Shown: positions 27,524 to 37,216, numbered from the stretch's first letter. The stretch: 64,000 nucleotides of DNA from Caulobacter sp. (GCF_039596335.1 NZ_JBCNJZ010000009.1:59059-123058), one strand, 5' to 3'. The notes: a model not told the origin generated them from the sequence alone. Numbers and translations: made by a program.

Positions 27524-28099
27524 ATGACGATCCGATCCATGATCCTCGGCGTCTGCGCCCTGGTCCTGACCGCCGGGGTGGCCCAGGCCGAAACCGCCAA
27601 GAGCTGGCGCGATTTCCCGGGCGTCTCCAACACCAGCTATGTCGACGCATCCGGCGAGCGGGCGCTGCAGCTGTCGATGGACATTCCGGCCCCGCCGCGC
27701 GCGGTGTTCGAGGCCTTCGCCACCGCCGAGGGCTTCAAGCGCTGGGCCGTCGCCGTGGCGCGGGTCGACCTGCGCACGGGCGGCGAGATCGAGGCCAGCT
27801 ATGATCCCAAGGCCGCGATCGGCGACGCCAACAACATCAGGAACCAGATCGTCACCTTCATTCCTAACCGGCTGCTGGTGATCCGCAACGTCCAGGCGCC
27901 GGCCGGCTTTCCGGGCAAGGACGCCTTCCAGAAAACCGTCACGGTGATCGAAGTGGCGCCGATTGCAACCGGCACGCGCGTGACCCTGACCAACACCGGC
28001 TACGGCTCGGGCCCTGAGTCCGACACGGTCTACAAACACTTCGAGTGGGGAAACGCCTACACCCTGGCCGAATTGCGCAAGCGCTTCGCCGGAAACTGA
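27524..28099 (+). CDS. Secreted SRPBCC/AHSA1-like domain protein
   Basis: Signal peptide MTIRSMILGVCALVLTAGVAQA. PPRAVFEAFATAEGFKRW and the overall length fit the SRPBCC fold family. The call rests on pattern only. Confidence 0.55.
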   Translation: MTIRSMILGVCALVLTAGVAQAETAKSWRDFPGVSNTSYVDASGERALQLSMDIPAPPRAVFEAFATAEGFKRWAVAVARVDLRTGGEIEASYDPKAAIGDANNIRNQIVTFIPNRLLVIRNVQAPAGFPGKDAFQKTVTVIEVAPIATGTRVTLTNTGYGSGPESDTVYKHFEWGNAYTLAELRKRFAGN

Positions 28100-28235
28100 C
28101 CGCTCAAGGCACGATCATCCGCACTTGGCCCCGTTCATGCATTGTGCATCGCAGCGCATTTCCGTTGTGCGATAGCGAAACAACTGTCATGTCAGCGTGG
28201 TTAGTTCTACGTTGAGTACGTCCAAGGAGGTCGCC

Positions 28236-28475
28236 ATGACCGAGAATCACTACTACGTCCGCCCGGTCGCCGGCGTGTGGCACGTGACCTGGAACGACTC
28301 GGCCGAGCTGATCGGCTGCTTCCCCTCGCAACACGAAGCCGAGGGCCTGGCCCAGCTGCTGGCTCGCCACATGCGCGCCCAGGGCCGCAAAGGCGAAGTC
28401 CACGTCGACGAGCCGGAAGCCCGCACCCCCGCCTGGCGCCGCAACCGCGTCGCCCACCAGATCGCGGCGGCCTAA
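28236..28475 (+). CDS. Small DUF2188-like protein
   Basis: An AAGGAGG RBS lies 5 nt upstream of ATG 28236. HYYVRPVAGVWHVTWNDS...FPSQHEAEGLAQLLAR resembles the DUF2188 pattern. Confidence 0.5.
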   Translation: MTENHYYVRPVAGVWHVTWNDSAELIGCFPSQHEAEGLAQLLARHMRAQGRKGEVHVDEPEARTPAWRRNRVAHQIAAA

Positions 28476-30107
28476 CTACCGTCCGACGACGGACAGCTTC
28501 ACCGCTGTCGCGAAGTCCTTGTCGCGCAGGATCTCCCGCGCGGCGTTGCGGCCGGGATTGCCCGAGACGCCGCCGCCGGGATGGGTCCCGGCGCCGCACA
28601 TGTACAGACCCTTGATCGGCGCGCGATGGCTGGCGTGGCCCAGGAACGGGCGCGTCGCCCACAGCTGATCCAGCGACAGCCGGCCGTGCATGATGTCGCC
28701 GCCGACCAGGCCGAAGGTCCGCTCAAGGTCCAGCGGCGACAGGATCTGCCGCCCCAGCACCGAGGCCTTGAAGTTCGGCGCCCAGCGATCGACCGTGGCG
28801 ATGATCAGGTCGGCGGCCGCCTCGCGCACCTCGTCCCAGGAATGGCCGTTGGGCAGTTCCGGTGCGAACTGCTGGCAGAACAGGCTGGCCACGTGCTGGC
28901 CGGGCGGCGCCAGGCTGGTGTCGATGGTCGAGGGGATCAGCATCTCCACGATCGGGGCCTTGCTCAGCCCCTCGGCTTTCGCATCGCGATAGGCCGCGTC
29001 CATGTAGTCCAGGCTGGGGGCGATCACGATGCCGGCCTGATGGTGCTCGGCCGTCGCCGTCCCGGGCAGGCAGGTGAAGTTGGGCAGCTCCGACAGCGCC
29101 ACGTTCATGCGGAACGTGCCCGAGCCGTTCTTGTAACCGTCGACCGCCTTGCGAAAGTCGGCGGTCAGCGCCGAGGGCGGGACCAGACGGCGGAAAAGCA
29201 GGGCCGGATTGACATTGGCCGCCACGATCGGCGCCATCACCTGGCGGCCGTCTACGAGCTGGACGCCGACGGCTTTCCCGGCGTCGACATGGACGGCCTC
29301 GACCGGCGCGTTCAGCAGGATCTCGACCCCGGCCGCCTCGCAGGCCTTGCTCATCGCCTGGGTGATCGCGCCCATGCCGCCGACCGCGTGGCCCCAGGCG
29401 CCTTTCTTGCCGTTCAACTCGCCGAACGTGTGGTGCAGCAGCACATAGGCAGAGCCCGGCGTGTCGGGACTGGCGAAGGCGCCGACCACCGAGTCGAAGC
29501 CGAAGGCGGCCTTGACCGGATCGCTCTCGAACCAGCCGTCCAGCACCTCGCGGGCGCTCTTGGTGAAGAGGTCTATCAGGTCGCGCTTGCGCTCGCGGGG
29601 CAGCATGGCCAGCCGGCCGCCCTGGCGCAGGGCTCGCATCAGGCCGGGCAGGCCATCGCCCAGGTTCGGCGGGGTCTCCTGCGCCAGGGCCCGCAGCACG
29701 TCGCCGATCTCGTCCAGCATGGCGTAGTAAGCCGGCAGGATCTCGGCGTCGCGGCGGCTGAACTTGCGGAACTCTTCCTGGGTGCGCTCCAGCCCGCCGC
29801 CCAGCTTGAGGTAGCGGTCCTCGGCCAGCGGCAGGAAATTCGAGATCGGCCGTTCCAGGAAGGTCAGGCCCAGCGCGCGCAGGCCCATGTCGGCGATGAC
29901 CCGCGGGTTCAGCAGGCTGACCGTGTAGCTGGCGACGGAGTTGCGGAAGCCGGGGTGGAACTCCTCGGTTACGGCCGCCCCGCCGACGATGTGCCGGGCC
30001 TCGCAGACGGTGACCTTCAGCCCGGCCTTGGCCAGGTAGAACGCGCAGACCAGGCCGTTATGGCCGCCGCCGATGATGACGGCGTCGCGGGAGGAGGTGG
30101 GGGTCAT
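28476..30107 (-). CDS. Phytoene-desaturase-family (CrtI/PYROXD2-like) NAD(P)/FAD-dependent oxidoreductase
   Basis: DAVIIGGGHNGLVCAFYLAKAGLKVTVCEARHIVGGAA (dinucleotide-binding fold) and the C-terminal LYMCGAGTHPGGGVSG. I chose ATG 30107. Confidence 0.85.
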   Translation of the reverse strand: MTPTSSRDAVIIGGGHNGLVCAFYLAKAGLKVTVCEARHIVGGAAVTEEFHPGFRNSVASYTVSLLNPRVIADMGLRALGLTFLERPISNFLPLAEDRYLKLGGGLERTQEEFRKFSRRDAEILPAYYAMLDEIGDVLRALAQETPPNLGDGLPGLMRALRQGGRLAMLPRERKRDLIDLFTKSAREVLDGWFESDPVKAAFGFDSVVGAFASPDTPGSAYVLLHHTFGELNGKKGAWGHAVGGMGAITQAMSKACEAAGVEILLNAPVEAVHVDAGKAVGVQLVDGRQVMAPIVAANVNPALLFRRLVPPSALTADFRKAVDGYKNGSGTFRMNVALSELPNFTCLPGTATAEHHQAGIVIAPSLDYMDAAYRDAKAEGLSKAPIVEMLIPSTIDTSLAPPGQHVASLFCQQFAPELPNGHSWDEVREAAADLIIATVDRWAPNFKASVLGRQILSPLDLERTFGLVGGDIMHGRLSLDQLWATRPFLGHASHRAPIKGLYMCGAGTHPGGGVSGNPGRNAAREILRDKDFATAVKLSVVGR

Positions 30108-30146
30108 GCGGGGAGGTTGCGGTGTGGGGCGCGGATGGGCAAGGGC

Positions 30147-30262
30147 CACTTGCCCCCTCCGCGCCTTCGGCGCTCCTCCCCCGGAGGAGGAAGACGAGGC
30201 GCCTCCGTCTGCCCCCTTTGGGGGCGGACGACCTGCGAAGCAGGTCAGGTGGGGGCCTGCGA
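30147..30262 (+). repeat. Structured intergenic repeat, family A, copy 3 (overlaps the RND gene stop)
   Basis: Same sequence family as copies 1 and 2. The RND ORF ends at 30245, inside the repeat. Confidence 0.85.
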
Positions 30263-33200
30263 CCGTTCCGCCTTCCCGCGCGCGGTCAGCCAGTACATCA
30301 CCGGCGTTGCCACCCGGCTCAGCAGGGTGCTGGTGATCAACCCGCCGATGATCGCGATGGCCAGCGGCGAGTAGAGCCCCGACCGTTCCAGGGCCAACGG
30401 CAGCAATCCGCCGATCGCCGTCACGCTGGTCAGCAGCACCGGCAGGAAGCGCACCTCGCCGGCTTTCTCGATGGCGTCGTGCAGGTTCATGCCTTCGCGG
30501 CGCAGCTGTTCGGTGAAGTCGACCAGCAGGATCGAGTTCTTGATCTCGATGCCGATCAGGGCGATCAGGCCGATCGTGGCCGTGAACGACATCGAGTTGC
30601 CGGTCAGGGCCAGGGCCAGCACCGCGCCGAACAGGCCGAACGGGATGATGCCGGCGACCACCAGGGCGGTCTTGAACTTCTGGAACTCCAGGACCAGCAC
30701 GGCCAGGATGCCGAACACCGCCACCAGCACCGCCGCGCCCAGGCCGGCGAAGCTCTCCTCCTGCGCCTCGGCCTGGCCGCCCAGCGACAGGCGGTAGCCA
30801 GGGGGCATCGGCACTTCACGGGCCAGGCGCTCGACGGCGTCGGCATTGACCTTGGCGGTCAGGAAGCCGGTGCGCACGAAAGACGTCACGGTCACCGTCC
30901 GCTCGCGGTCGAAGCGGTCGATGCGGGCGGGGCTGGACTTCAGGGTCGGCGTCGCGACCGCACCCAGCGGGGCGGCCTCGCCGTCGGCGGTGGGGACATA
31001 GACGCCCTTCAGCGCCGACATCGGATTGCGCGCCGCGCCGTCGGCCTGGGCCATGGGCAGGCGCACCCGCACGGCGTAGTCGTCGCCGTCGGTGTCGCGA
31101 TAGCGGGCGGTCTCCTCGCCTGACAGCGCCAGGCGAGCCACGCGGCGGGTCGCGCCGGCCGACACGCCCAGGGCCGCAGCCTTGGCCTCGTCGACACCCA
31201 GGTCGAGGTCGGTGCGGTCCAGGCGCACGGGGTTGTTGACGTCGCGCGTCCCGGGTGTGGCCTTCAGCACGCCTTCGGTCCGCGCGGCCAGGGCCTTCAG
31301 GACGTCCAGGTTCTGGCCGGTGATGCGGATGGCGATGGGGGCGTCGATCGGCGGGCCATTCTCGAAGGCCACGACGGTGATCCGCGCGCCCGGATACTTG
31401 GCGAAGTCGCGGCGCAGGCCGTCCAGCATCGCCTCGCTCCGGCCCGGCCGCCAGGCGCCCATGCTGGCATAGACCTCGGCATAGGTCGTGGCGCTCTCGC
31501 GCTGGCTCTGGTTGTAGAAGATCTGCGGGTTGCCGCGGCCCAGATTGTCGGCCCGCCAGACGATGTCGGGCTCCTTGGCCAGGCGCGCGTCGACGAAGCG
31601 CAGGGCCTGATCGGTGCGGGCCAGGGACGAGCCGTCGGGCGTCTCGATGCGGACCAGGAACTCCGGCGTCTCGGCCGAGGGGAACAGCGACGAGCCGATC
31701 ACCTTGGCCAGCGGCACGGTCATGGCGCACAGGGCCAGCAGCAGGGCCAGCGTCAGCCACGGCCGCGCCAGGGCCCGGTGCAGCACGGGGGTGTAGATGC
31801 GGTGGATGAAGCCGTTGACCGCCTGCAGCAGGGCGTTGCCCTCCGGATCGGAGTGCTTGTCCAGGATGCGGCTGGCCAGGAACGGGATGATGGTCAGCGA
31901 CACGAAGAGGGACGCGCCGACCGTGCACAGCACCGTCACCGGCAGTGACTTGATATAGGCACCGGAGCCGGCCGGCAGGGCCATCAGCGGCAGGAAGGCC
32001 AGCATCAGGGTGGCCGTGCAGCCGATCACCGCCAGGCCGATCTGCCGCGCGCCATTCACGGCGGCTTCCGTGCGCGCCTCGCCCTCGCGGATCCGGCGGG
32101 CGATGTTCTCGGTGATGACGATGCTGTCGTCGACCAGCAGGCCCAGCGACAGCACGAAGCCGGCGATCGACAGTTGGTTCAGGGTGAAGCCCAGCGCCTG
32201 CAGCATGGTCAGGCCGATCAGCAGGCTGAGCGGGATCGAGACCATGACCACGATGCCCGCGCGCGGCCCCAGCGGCAGCAGGGTGATCAGCACCAGAACC
32301 AGCGCGATGCCGAAGTCGCGGAACAGGTTCTTCAGCCGGTGGTCGACATTGCGCGACTGGTAGAAGGCCTTTTCCAGTTTCACGCCGGCCGGCAGGGTCT
32401 TGGCATAGTCGTCCAGCACCTGGTCGACGGCTTTTGTGATCTTGCCGACGTCCTGGCCGTCCTTCTGGTTGACGGTCAGGAAGACGGCGCGGCGGCCATT
32501 GAAGCGCGTCAGGTGCGTTGGTTCCTGCTGGGCCCAGGCCACGGTGGCGACATCGCCCACGCGGGTGACCTGGCCGCCGATGGCGCGCACCGGCGTGTTC
32601 TTGACGGTCTCGATATCGCGGAAGGCCCCACCGGACTTGACGTTGAAGCGACGCTCTCCCGCCTGCACCGCGCCAATCGGGGCTTCGGCCCCGGCCTGGC
32701 GCAGGGCGTCGGCGACGGCCGAGGCCGGCAGGCGCAGCGCGGCCAGGCGGGCCAGGTCCAGCGTCACCTGCACTTCGGACGGCGGCGCGCCCCAGTAGCG
32801 GGCCTGGCGCACGCCGGGCACGCGGTCCAGCCGTTCGCGCAGGCGGTCGGCGACCTTTTCCAGGCGGCGCATCGGCAGGATGTCGCTGACCAGGGCGGCC
32901 TGGACGATCGACACCTCGGTGGTGCGCACCCGTTCGATCTCCAGCCGCTGGACCCCGGCCGGCAGGTTGCCGCGGATGGCGTTCACCTCGCGCACGACCT
33001 GGTCGAACTTGCGCTCGGTGTCGACGTCCCAGGTGAAGTGGATGCGGATGATCGCCGCCCCGTCGACGGCGGTGGACTCGACCTTGTCGATGTCGTCCAG
33101 CCCGTCGACCGCATCCTCGATCGGATCGACGATCAGCTGCTCGACCTCGGACGGCTCGGCCCCCGGCAGCACGGCGCGGACCAGTACGATCGGCACCGGG

Positions 33201-33325
33201 AAGTGGGGATCCTCCGAGCGTGGCACACTGAGGAACGCGTTGACGCCCAGCATGACCAGCAGGCCGAAGGCGACCAGGGTGAACTGCCAGCGGCGGACGG
33301 CGAAGGCCGAGAGGTCGAACTTCAC
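30245..33325 (-). CDS. RND-family efflux transporter permease (AcrB-like, 12 TM)
   Basis: 1026 aa. The N-terminus FAVRRWQFTLVAFGLLVMLGVNAF, two large periplasmic loops and GLLVDDSIVITENI are typical of the AcrB/HAE family. GTG start. Confidence 0.92.
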   Translation of the reverse strand: MKFDLSAFAVRRWQFTLVAFGLLVMLGVNAFLSVPRSEDPHFPVPIVLVRAVLPGAEPSEVEQLIVDPIEDAVDGLDDIDKVESTAVDGAAIIRIHFTWDVDTERKFDQVVREVNAIRGNLPAGVQRLEIERVRTTEVSIVQAALVSDILPMRRLEKVADRLRERLDRVPGVRQARYWGAPPSEVQVTLDLARLAALRLPASAVADALRQAGAEAPIGAVQAGERRFNVKSGGAFRDIETVKNTPVRAIGGQVTRVGDVATVAWAQQEPTHLTRFNGRRAVFLTVNQKDGQDVGKITKAVDQVLDDYAKTLPAGVKLEKAFYQSRNVDHRLKNLFRDFGIALVLVLITLLPLGPRAGIVVMVSIPLSLLIGLTMLQALGFTLNQLSIAGFVLSLGLLVDDSIVITENIARRIREGEARTEAAVNGARQIGLAVIGCTATLMLAFLPLMALPAGSGAYIKSLPVTVLCTVGASLFVSLTIIPFLASRILDKHSDPEGNALLQAVNGFIHRIYTPVLHRALARPWLTLALLLALCAMTVPLAKVIGSSLFPSAETPEFLVRIETPDGSSLARTDQALRFVDARLAKEPDIVWRADNLGRGNPQIFYNQSQRESATTYAEVYASMGAWRPGRSEAMLDGLRRDFAKYPGARITVVAFENGPPIDAPIAIRITGQNLDVLKALAARTEGVLKATPGTRDVNNPVRLDRTDLDLGVDEAKAAALGVSAGATRRVARLALSGEETARYRDTDGDDYAVRVRLPMAQADGAARNPMSALKGVYVPTADGEAAPLGAVATPTLKSSPARIDRFDRERTVTVTSFVRTGFLTAKVNADAVERLAREVPMPPGYRLSLGGQAEAQEESFAGLGAAVLVAVFGILAVLVLEFQKFKTALVVAGIIPFGLFGAVLALALTGNSMSFTATIGLIALIGIEIKNSILLVDFTEQLRREGMNLHDAIEKAGEVRFLPVLLTSVTAIGGLLPLALERSGLYSPLAIAIIGGLITSTLLSRVATPVMYWLTARGKAERSQAPT

Positions 33326-33328
33326 GGC

Positions 33329-34405
33329 TTAGCGTCCCGCCGGAGCCGCGAGGGCCTTCGGATCGATGACCCGCACGGCCTCGCCGTCGGCAACGAAGCC
33401 GGCCCCAGCGGTGATCACCCGCGTTCCCCCAGGCAAACCTGAGACCAGGGCGTCGTCGCCGTCGAAGCCGCCGAAGGTCACCGCCGTGCGCCGGGCCTTG
33501 CCGCCGTCGTAGCGCAGCACGAAGGCGCGCTGGCCGCTGGCCTCCAGCACCGCCTCGGCGGGGATGCGGGCATAGGCGGTCCCTGCGGTCGGCGCGGCGC
33601 GCACGGCCAGGGTCGCGTGAGCCACCTGGCCACTGCGCAGATTGGGCGGCGGGGCCGAGATCTCGATCTCGACATTGATCGCGCCGGTGCGGGTGTCGGC
33701 GGCCTGACCGATGCGGGTGACCCGGGCGGAGAGGGTCTGGTCGCCCAGTTCCTCGACCGTGACCTGGGCGGCGTCGCCGACCAGGACGCGGGCGGCGTCG
33801 CGGGCGGGCAGGGGCAGGCGCAGGATCAACGGGCTGGACAGGTCGGCGACCCGCGCCACCACCTGGCCGGCGGCCACCACCTCGCCGGCCTGGGCCTGGC
33901 GGGTCAGCACCACGCCCGACACCGGCGAGACCAGGCTGGCCCAACGGCGGTCGAAGCGGGCGGCGTCATAGGCGGCCTGCGCGGCCTTCAGGGCGCTGGC
34001 CCGGTCGTCGATGCGCTGACGGGCGACGAAGCCTTTCTCGAACAGGGTCTTGTCGCGCTCAAGGTCGCGGCGGGCGCGCTCCAGGTCAGCGACGGTCTGC
34101 TGCTGGCGAGCGTCGACGCCGGCCGGATCGATGGCGGCGACCAGCTGGCCGGCGCTGACCCGGTCGCCGGCCTCGACCTTCATGGCGGTCAGCACGCCGG
34201 GGATGCGGAAGGACAGGGCCATCTCACGACGGCGCTCCAGCGCGCCCGCGCCGCCGACCGAGCCGCTGGCGCCGGGCGCGGCAACCAGCACCGCCTCGAC
34301 CGGCGTCGGAGCCGCGGCTGCCTCGGTTTTGGGCTTGCCCCCGCACGCGCTCAACGCTGCCATCGCGAGGACTGCCGCGGAAGCTAGCAACCGGTTGCGC
34401 CACAT
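33329..34405 (-). CDS. RND efflux periplasmic adaptor (membrane fusion protein) lipoprotein
   Basis: Lipobox LSAC. Biotinyl/lipoyl-like motifs LVSPVSGVV and VKVEAGDRVSAGQLVAAIDP, plus a coiled-coil hairpin. ATG 34405 is preferred over TTG 34417. Confidence 0.88.
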   Translation of the reverse strand: MWRNRLLASAAVLAMAALSACGGKPKTEAAAAPTPVEAVLVAAPGASGSVGGAGALERRREMALSFRIPGVLTAMKVEAGDRVSAGQLVAAIDPAGVDARQQQTVADLERARRDLERDKTLFEKGFVARQRIDDRASALKAAQAAYDAARFDRRWASLVSPVSGVVLTRQAQAGEVVAAGQVVARVADLSSPLILRLPLPARDAARVLVGDAAQVTVEELGDQTLSARVTRIGQAADTRTGAINVEIEISAPPPNLRSGQVAHATLAVRAAPTAGTAYARIPAEAVLEASGQRAFVLRYDGGKARRTAVTFGGFDGDDALVSGLPGGTRVITAGAGFVADGEAVRVIDPKALAAPAGR

Positions 34406-34417
34406 GGTCGGTTCCAA

Positions 34418-34448
34418 ATCGATCGATGATAAGTTATCAGTGATCGAT
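34418..34448. promoter_or_regulatory. Candidate TetR operator (31-bp palindrome) in the divergent efflux/tetR promoter region
   Basis: ATCGATC-ga-TGATAA-g-TTATCA-gt-GATCGAT. The core TGATAAgTTATCA (34427-34439) is perfect. The site lies between the MFP start (34405) and the TetR start (34495). Confidence 0.55.
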
Positions 34449-34494
34449 AGTGCGCGCTTGTCAAGCTTCGACAGCGGTGCTGAAGGACGTTTCG

Positions 34495-35121
34495 ATGAAG
34501 TCTCCGAAAGTGCGTTCCCCGCGTAAACCCAAGGGCCAGGGCGCCGAGCGCCGCGAGGAAATCCTCGACGCCGCCCTGACCCTGTTCAGCCAGAAGGGCG
34601 TCCACGCCGTCTCGACCCGGCAGATCGCCGAGCTGGCCGGGATCAGCCAGCCGGCGCTCTACGCCTATTTCGCCACCAAGGATCACATCGCCGCCGAACT
34701 GTGCGTCCGGGCGTTCGCGACCCTGCGCCAGCGGATGTTCGATGCGGGCGTCACCTGCCAGCCGACGCCGGACACCTTCGAGCGCGCCTTGCGGGTCTAT
34801 ATCGACTTCGGCCTGGAAGAGCCCAACGCCTATCGCGTGGCCTTCATGCTGGAAAAGGGCGCCGGTTTCATCGAGCAGACCGACGGTCGCCCCATGGAGG
34901 CGGGGCTGGAGGTCTTCCACGTCTTCTACGAGATCATCAGCGGCTTTCACGCCCAGGGCCTAATGGCGGGTGACGATCCTCTGGCCGTCACCCAGAGCCT
35001 GTGGGCCGGCCTGCATGGCCTGGTCGCCCTGATGATCGCCCGGGCCGACTTCCCCTGGGTCGAACGGGAAAAGCTGATCGCGACACACGTAGCCATGCTG
35101 CGGAGAGGGGCGTTGAAGTAA
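34495..35121 (+). CDS. TetR/AcrR-family transcriptional repressor
   Basis: RREEILDAALTLFSQKGVHAVSTRQIAELAGISQPALYAYFATKDHI is the TetR HTH. It is divergent from the MFP-RND genes. Confidence 0.92.
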   Translation: MKSPKVRSPRKPKGQGAERREEILDAALTLFSQKGVHAVSTRQIAELAGISQPALYAYFATKDHIAAELCVRAFATLRQRMFDAGVTCQPTPDTFERALRVYIDFGLEEPNAYRVAFMLEKGAGFIEQTDGRPMEAGLEVFHVFYEIISGFHAQGLMAGDDPLAVTQSLWAGLHGLVALMIARADFPWVEREKLIATHVAMLRRGALK

Positions 35122-35187
35122 GGTCCTCGGACCTCTAGATCAGCGCCTCGCTCTTTTCGGCCCAACCTTTTTCGGGAAGGATCCCCC

Positions 35188-35391
35188 ATGGCCAAGCTCC
35201 TGCCGCTCCAATCGTTCAGCCTGCAGGAAACCGAGGACGGCTACCGCCTCCTGGTCTCGGCCATCGGCGGCGAGCAGATCTATGTCTCGATCACGCCCGA
35301 CCAGATGGACGACATCATCGACAGCCTCGAGAACGCCATGGGCGGCGAGGCCGAGGGTGAAGGCGGCAACGAGGACGACGTCGAGTTCTAG
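35188..35391 (+). CDS. Small acidic hypothetical protein (67 aa)
   Basis: A GAAGGA RBS lies upstream. The codon usage looks coding-like and the tail is acidic (GGEAEGEGGNEDDVEF). I recognise no family. Confidence 0.45.
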   Translation: MAKLLPLQSFSLQETEDGYRLLVSAIGGEQIYVSITPDQMDDIIDSLENAMGGEAEGEGGNEDDVEF

Positions 35392-35415
35392 AGCTGAACG
35401 CCGTCCTTCGCAGGG

Positions 35416-36171
35416 TCAGACCTGGGTCATGCCGCCGTCAACGAACAGTTCGGCGCCGGCGATGAAGCTGGCGTCGTCGGAGGCCAGGAAGGCGATGGCC
35501 TTGGCGATCTCCGACGGATCGGCGACGCGGCCCAGCGGCACCTGGCTGGCCATGAAGTCGACGAGATGTTGCTGCGCGGCGGCGTCCGGTCCGGCCAGCT
35601 CGACCAGGCCCGGGGTCTTCACCGGCCCCGGCGAGACGACGTTGACGCGGATGCGGCGATCCTTGAGGTCACTGGTCCAGCCGCGCGCCAGATTGCGCAC
35701 CGCGGCCTTGGAAGCGCTGTAGACGCTGAAGGCCGGCGTACCCTGGACACCCGTGGTCGAGCTGACCAGCACGATGGCGCCGCCGTCCCGCAGCAGGGGC
35801 AGGGCCTTCTGCACCGTGAAGATCACGCCCTTCACATTGCGGCCGAAGATGTCTTCGTAGTGATCCTCGGTGATCGCGCCCAGCGGCGCCATCGAGCCCC
35901 CGCCGGCGTTGGGGACCAGCACGTCGATCTGGGAATGGCGCTGCTGGATGGTGTCGTACAGCCGATCCAGATCCGCCAGCCTGGAGGCGTCGCCCTGGAC
36001 GCCGGTGACGTCGCCGCCGATCGCCTTGACGGCCGCGGCCAGTTCCGCTTCGCGGCGGCCGGTCACATAGACCGAGGCGCCCAGCTCGGAAAAGCGCTTG
36101 GCCGTGGCCAGGCCGATGCCGCTGGCGCCGCCGGTCACCACCACCACCTTGCCGTCGAAAGTCTTGTCCAT
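35416..36171 (-). CDS. SDR-family oxidoreductase
   Basis: TGGASGIGLATA (TGxxxGxG), NAG and YSASKAA (YxxxK), 251 aa. Confidence 0.92.
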   Translation of the reverse strand: MDKTFDGKVVVVTGGASGIGLATAKRFSELGASVYVTGRREAELAAAVKAIGGDVTGVQGDASRLADLDRLYDTIQQRHSQIDVLVPNAGGGSMAPLGAITEDHYEDIFGRNVKGVIFTVQKALPLLRDGGAIVLVSSTTGVQGTPAFSVYSASKAAVRNLARGWTSDLKDRRIRVNVVSPGPVKTPGLVELAGPDAAAQQHLVDFMASQVPLGRVADPSEIAKAIAFLASDDASFIAGAELFVDGGMTQV

Positions 36172-36289
36172 CGTTTTGTCTCCTGATTGGGCCGGCGGGG
36201 TGTCCGTCGGTGACAGAAGAGATGCACGTGAGACGAAAACTGGAGTAGACGGTGAAATCGGCTCTCAACGTTCCATTAATGAGACAATA

Positions 36290-37216
36290 ATGGCCGTCGA
36301 TCTCAACGACTACGTCCTGTTCGCCGAGGTGGTGACGCATGGCGGCTTCGCGGCCGCCGGCCGGGTCCTGCGCCAGCCGAAGTCGACCCTCAGCCGCCGC
36401 ATCGCTGCGCTCGAGGCGCGGCTGGGCGTGCGGCTGATCGAGCGCTCGACGCGCCGGTTTCGGGTCACCGAGGTCGGCAAGGCCTTCCACGAGCGCTGCC
36501 GCCTGCTGATGCTGGACGCCCAGCAGGCCGACGCCGTCGTCGCCGAGGCCTTGAGCGAGCCGCACGGTCTGGTCCGCCGCAGCTGTCCGGTCGGCCTGGT
36601 GGAAGCCCTGTCGCCGACCTTCCAGGCCTATATGGTGCGCTATCCCAAGGTGCGGCTGCAGATCATCGCCGTGGATCGCCCGGTGGACCTGATCGCCGAG
36701 CGGATCGACATCGCGGTTCGAGTGCGCCTGTCCCTGGACACCGACGCGGCCCTGACCCTGCGCACCCTGGGCCGCTCGACCCGGATCCTGGTCGCCGATC
36801 CGCGCCTGGCGCTGCGCTGCGCCGGCCAGCCGCTGGAGGCTCTGAGTACGCTGCCGACCCTCAGCGCGACCGACCAGATCGGCGAGCTGGAATGGGAGCT
36901 GGTCGATCCCGCGGGCGAGGGGCGGACGGTGCGGCACACGCCGCGCATGACCTGCGGTGACTTCGGAGCCCTGCGCGACGCGGCGGCGGCGGGCCTGGGC
37001 GTGGCCCTGTTGCCGGATCATGCCTGCCACGACCTGCTGGCGGCTGGACGGCTGGTGCGCGTGTTTCCCGACTGGAGCAGCCGGGCGGGGATCGTCCACG
37101 TCGTCTTCACCACCCGGCGCGGTCTGCCGCCGGCCGTGCGCGCCCTGATCGATCAGCTGGCCGAAGCGTTCCGGCGCGGCGGCGTCATGACCCCGCCAGC
37201 CCCGCCAACGCCTTGA
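36290..37216 (+). CDS. LysR-family transcriptional regulator
   Basis: FAEVVTHGGFAAAGRVLRQPKSTLSRRIAALEARLGVRLIERSTRR is the LysR HTH. It is divergent from the SDR gene. I chose ATG 36290. Confidence 0.92.
   Translation: MAVDLNDYVLFAEVVTHGGFAAAGRVLRQPKSTLSRRIAALEARLGVRLIERSTRRFRVTEVGKAFHERCRLLMLDAQQADAVVAEALSEPHGLVRRSCPVGLVEALSPTFQAYMVRYPKVRLQIIAVDRPVDLIAERIDIAVRVRLSLDTDAALTLRTLGRSTRILVADPRLALRCAGQPLEALSTLPTLSATDQIGELEWELVDPAGEGRTVRHTPRMTCGDFGALRDAAAAGLGVALLPDHACHDLLAAGRLVRVFPDWSSRAGIVHVVFTTRRGLPPAVRALIDQLAEAFRRGGVMTPPAPPTP

Noticed and set aside
30816-33944. A 1042-aa minus-strand ORF overlapping the RND and MFP genes in another frame.
   Set aside because: Its composition is extreme (R/P/G/A: ...GRRGGGRRPGGGAGRRPVQPVDPAPAPARPRRRPRPGRRRRPG...). 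It spans two genes that have clear family signatures in their own frames. It is an alternative-frame artefact of high GC.
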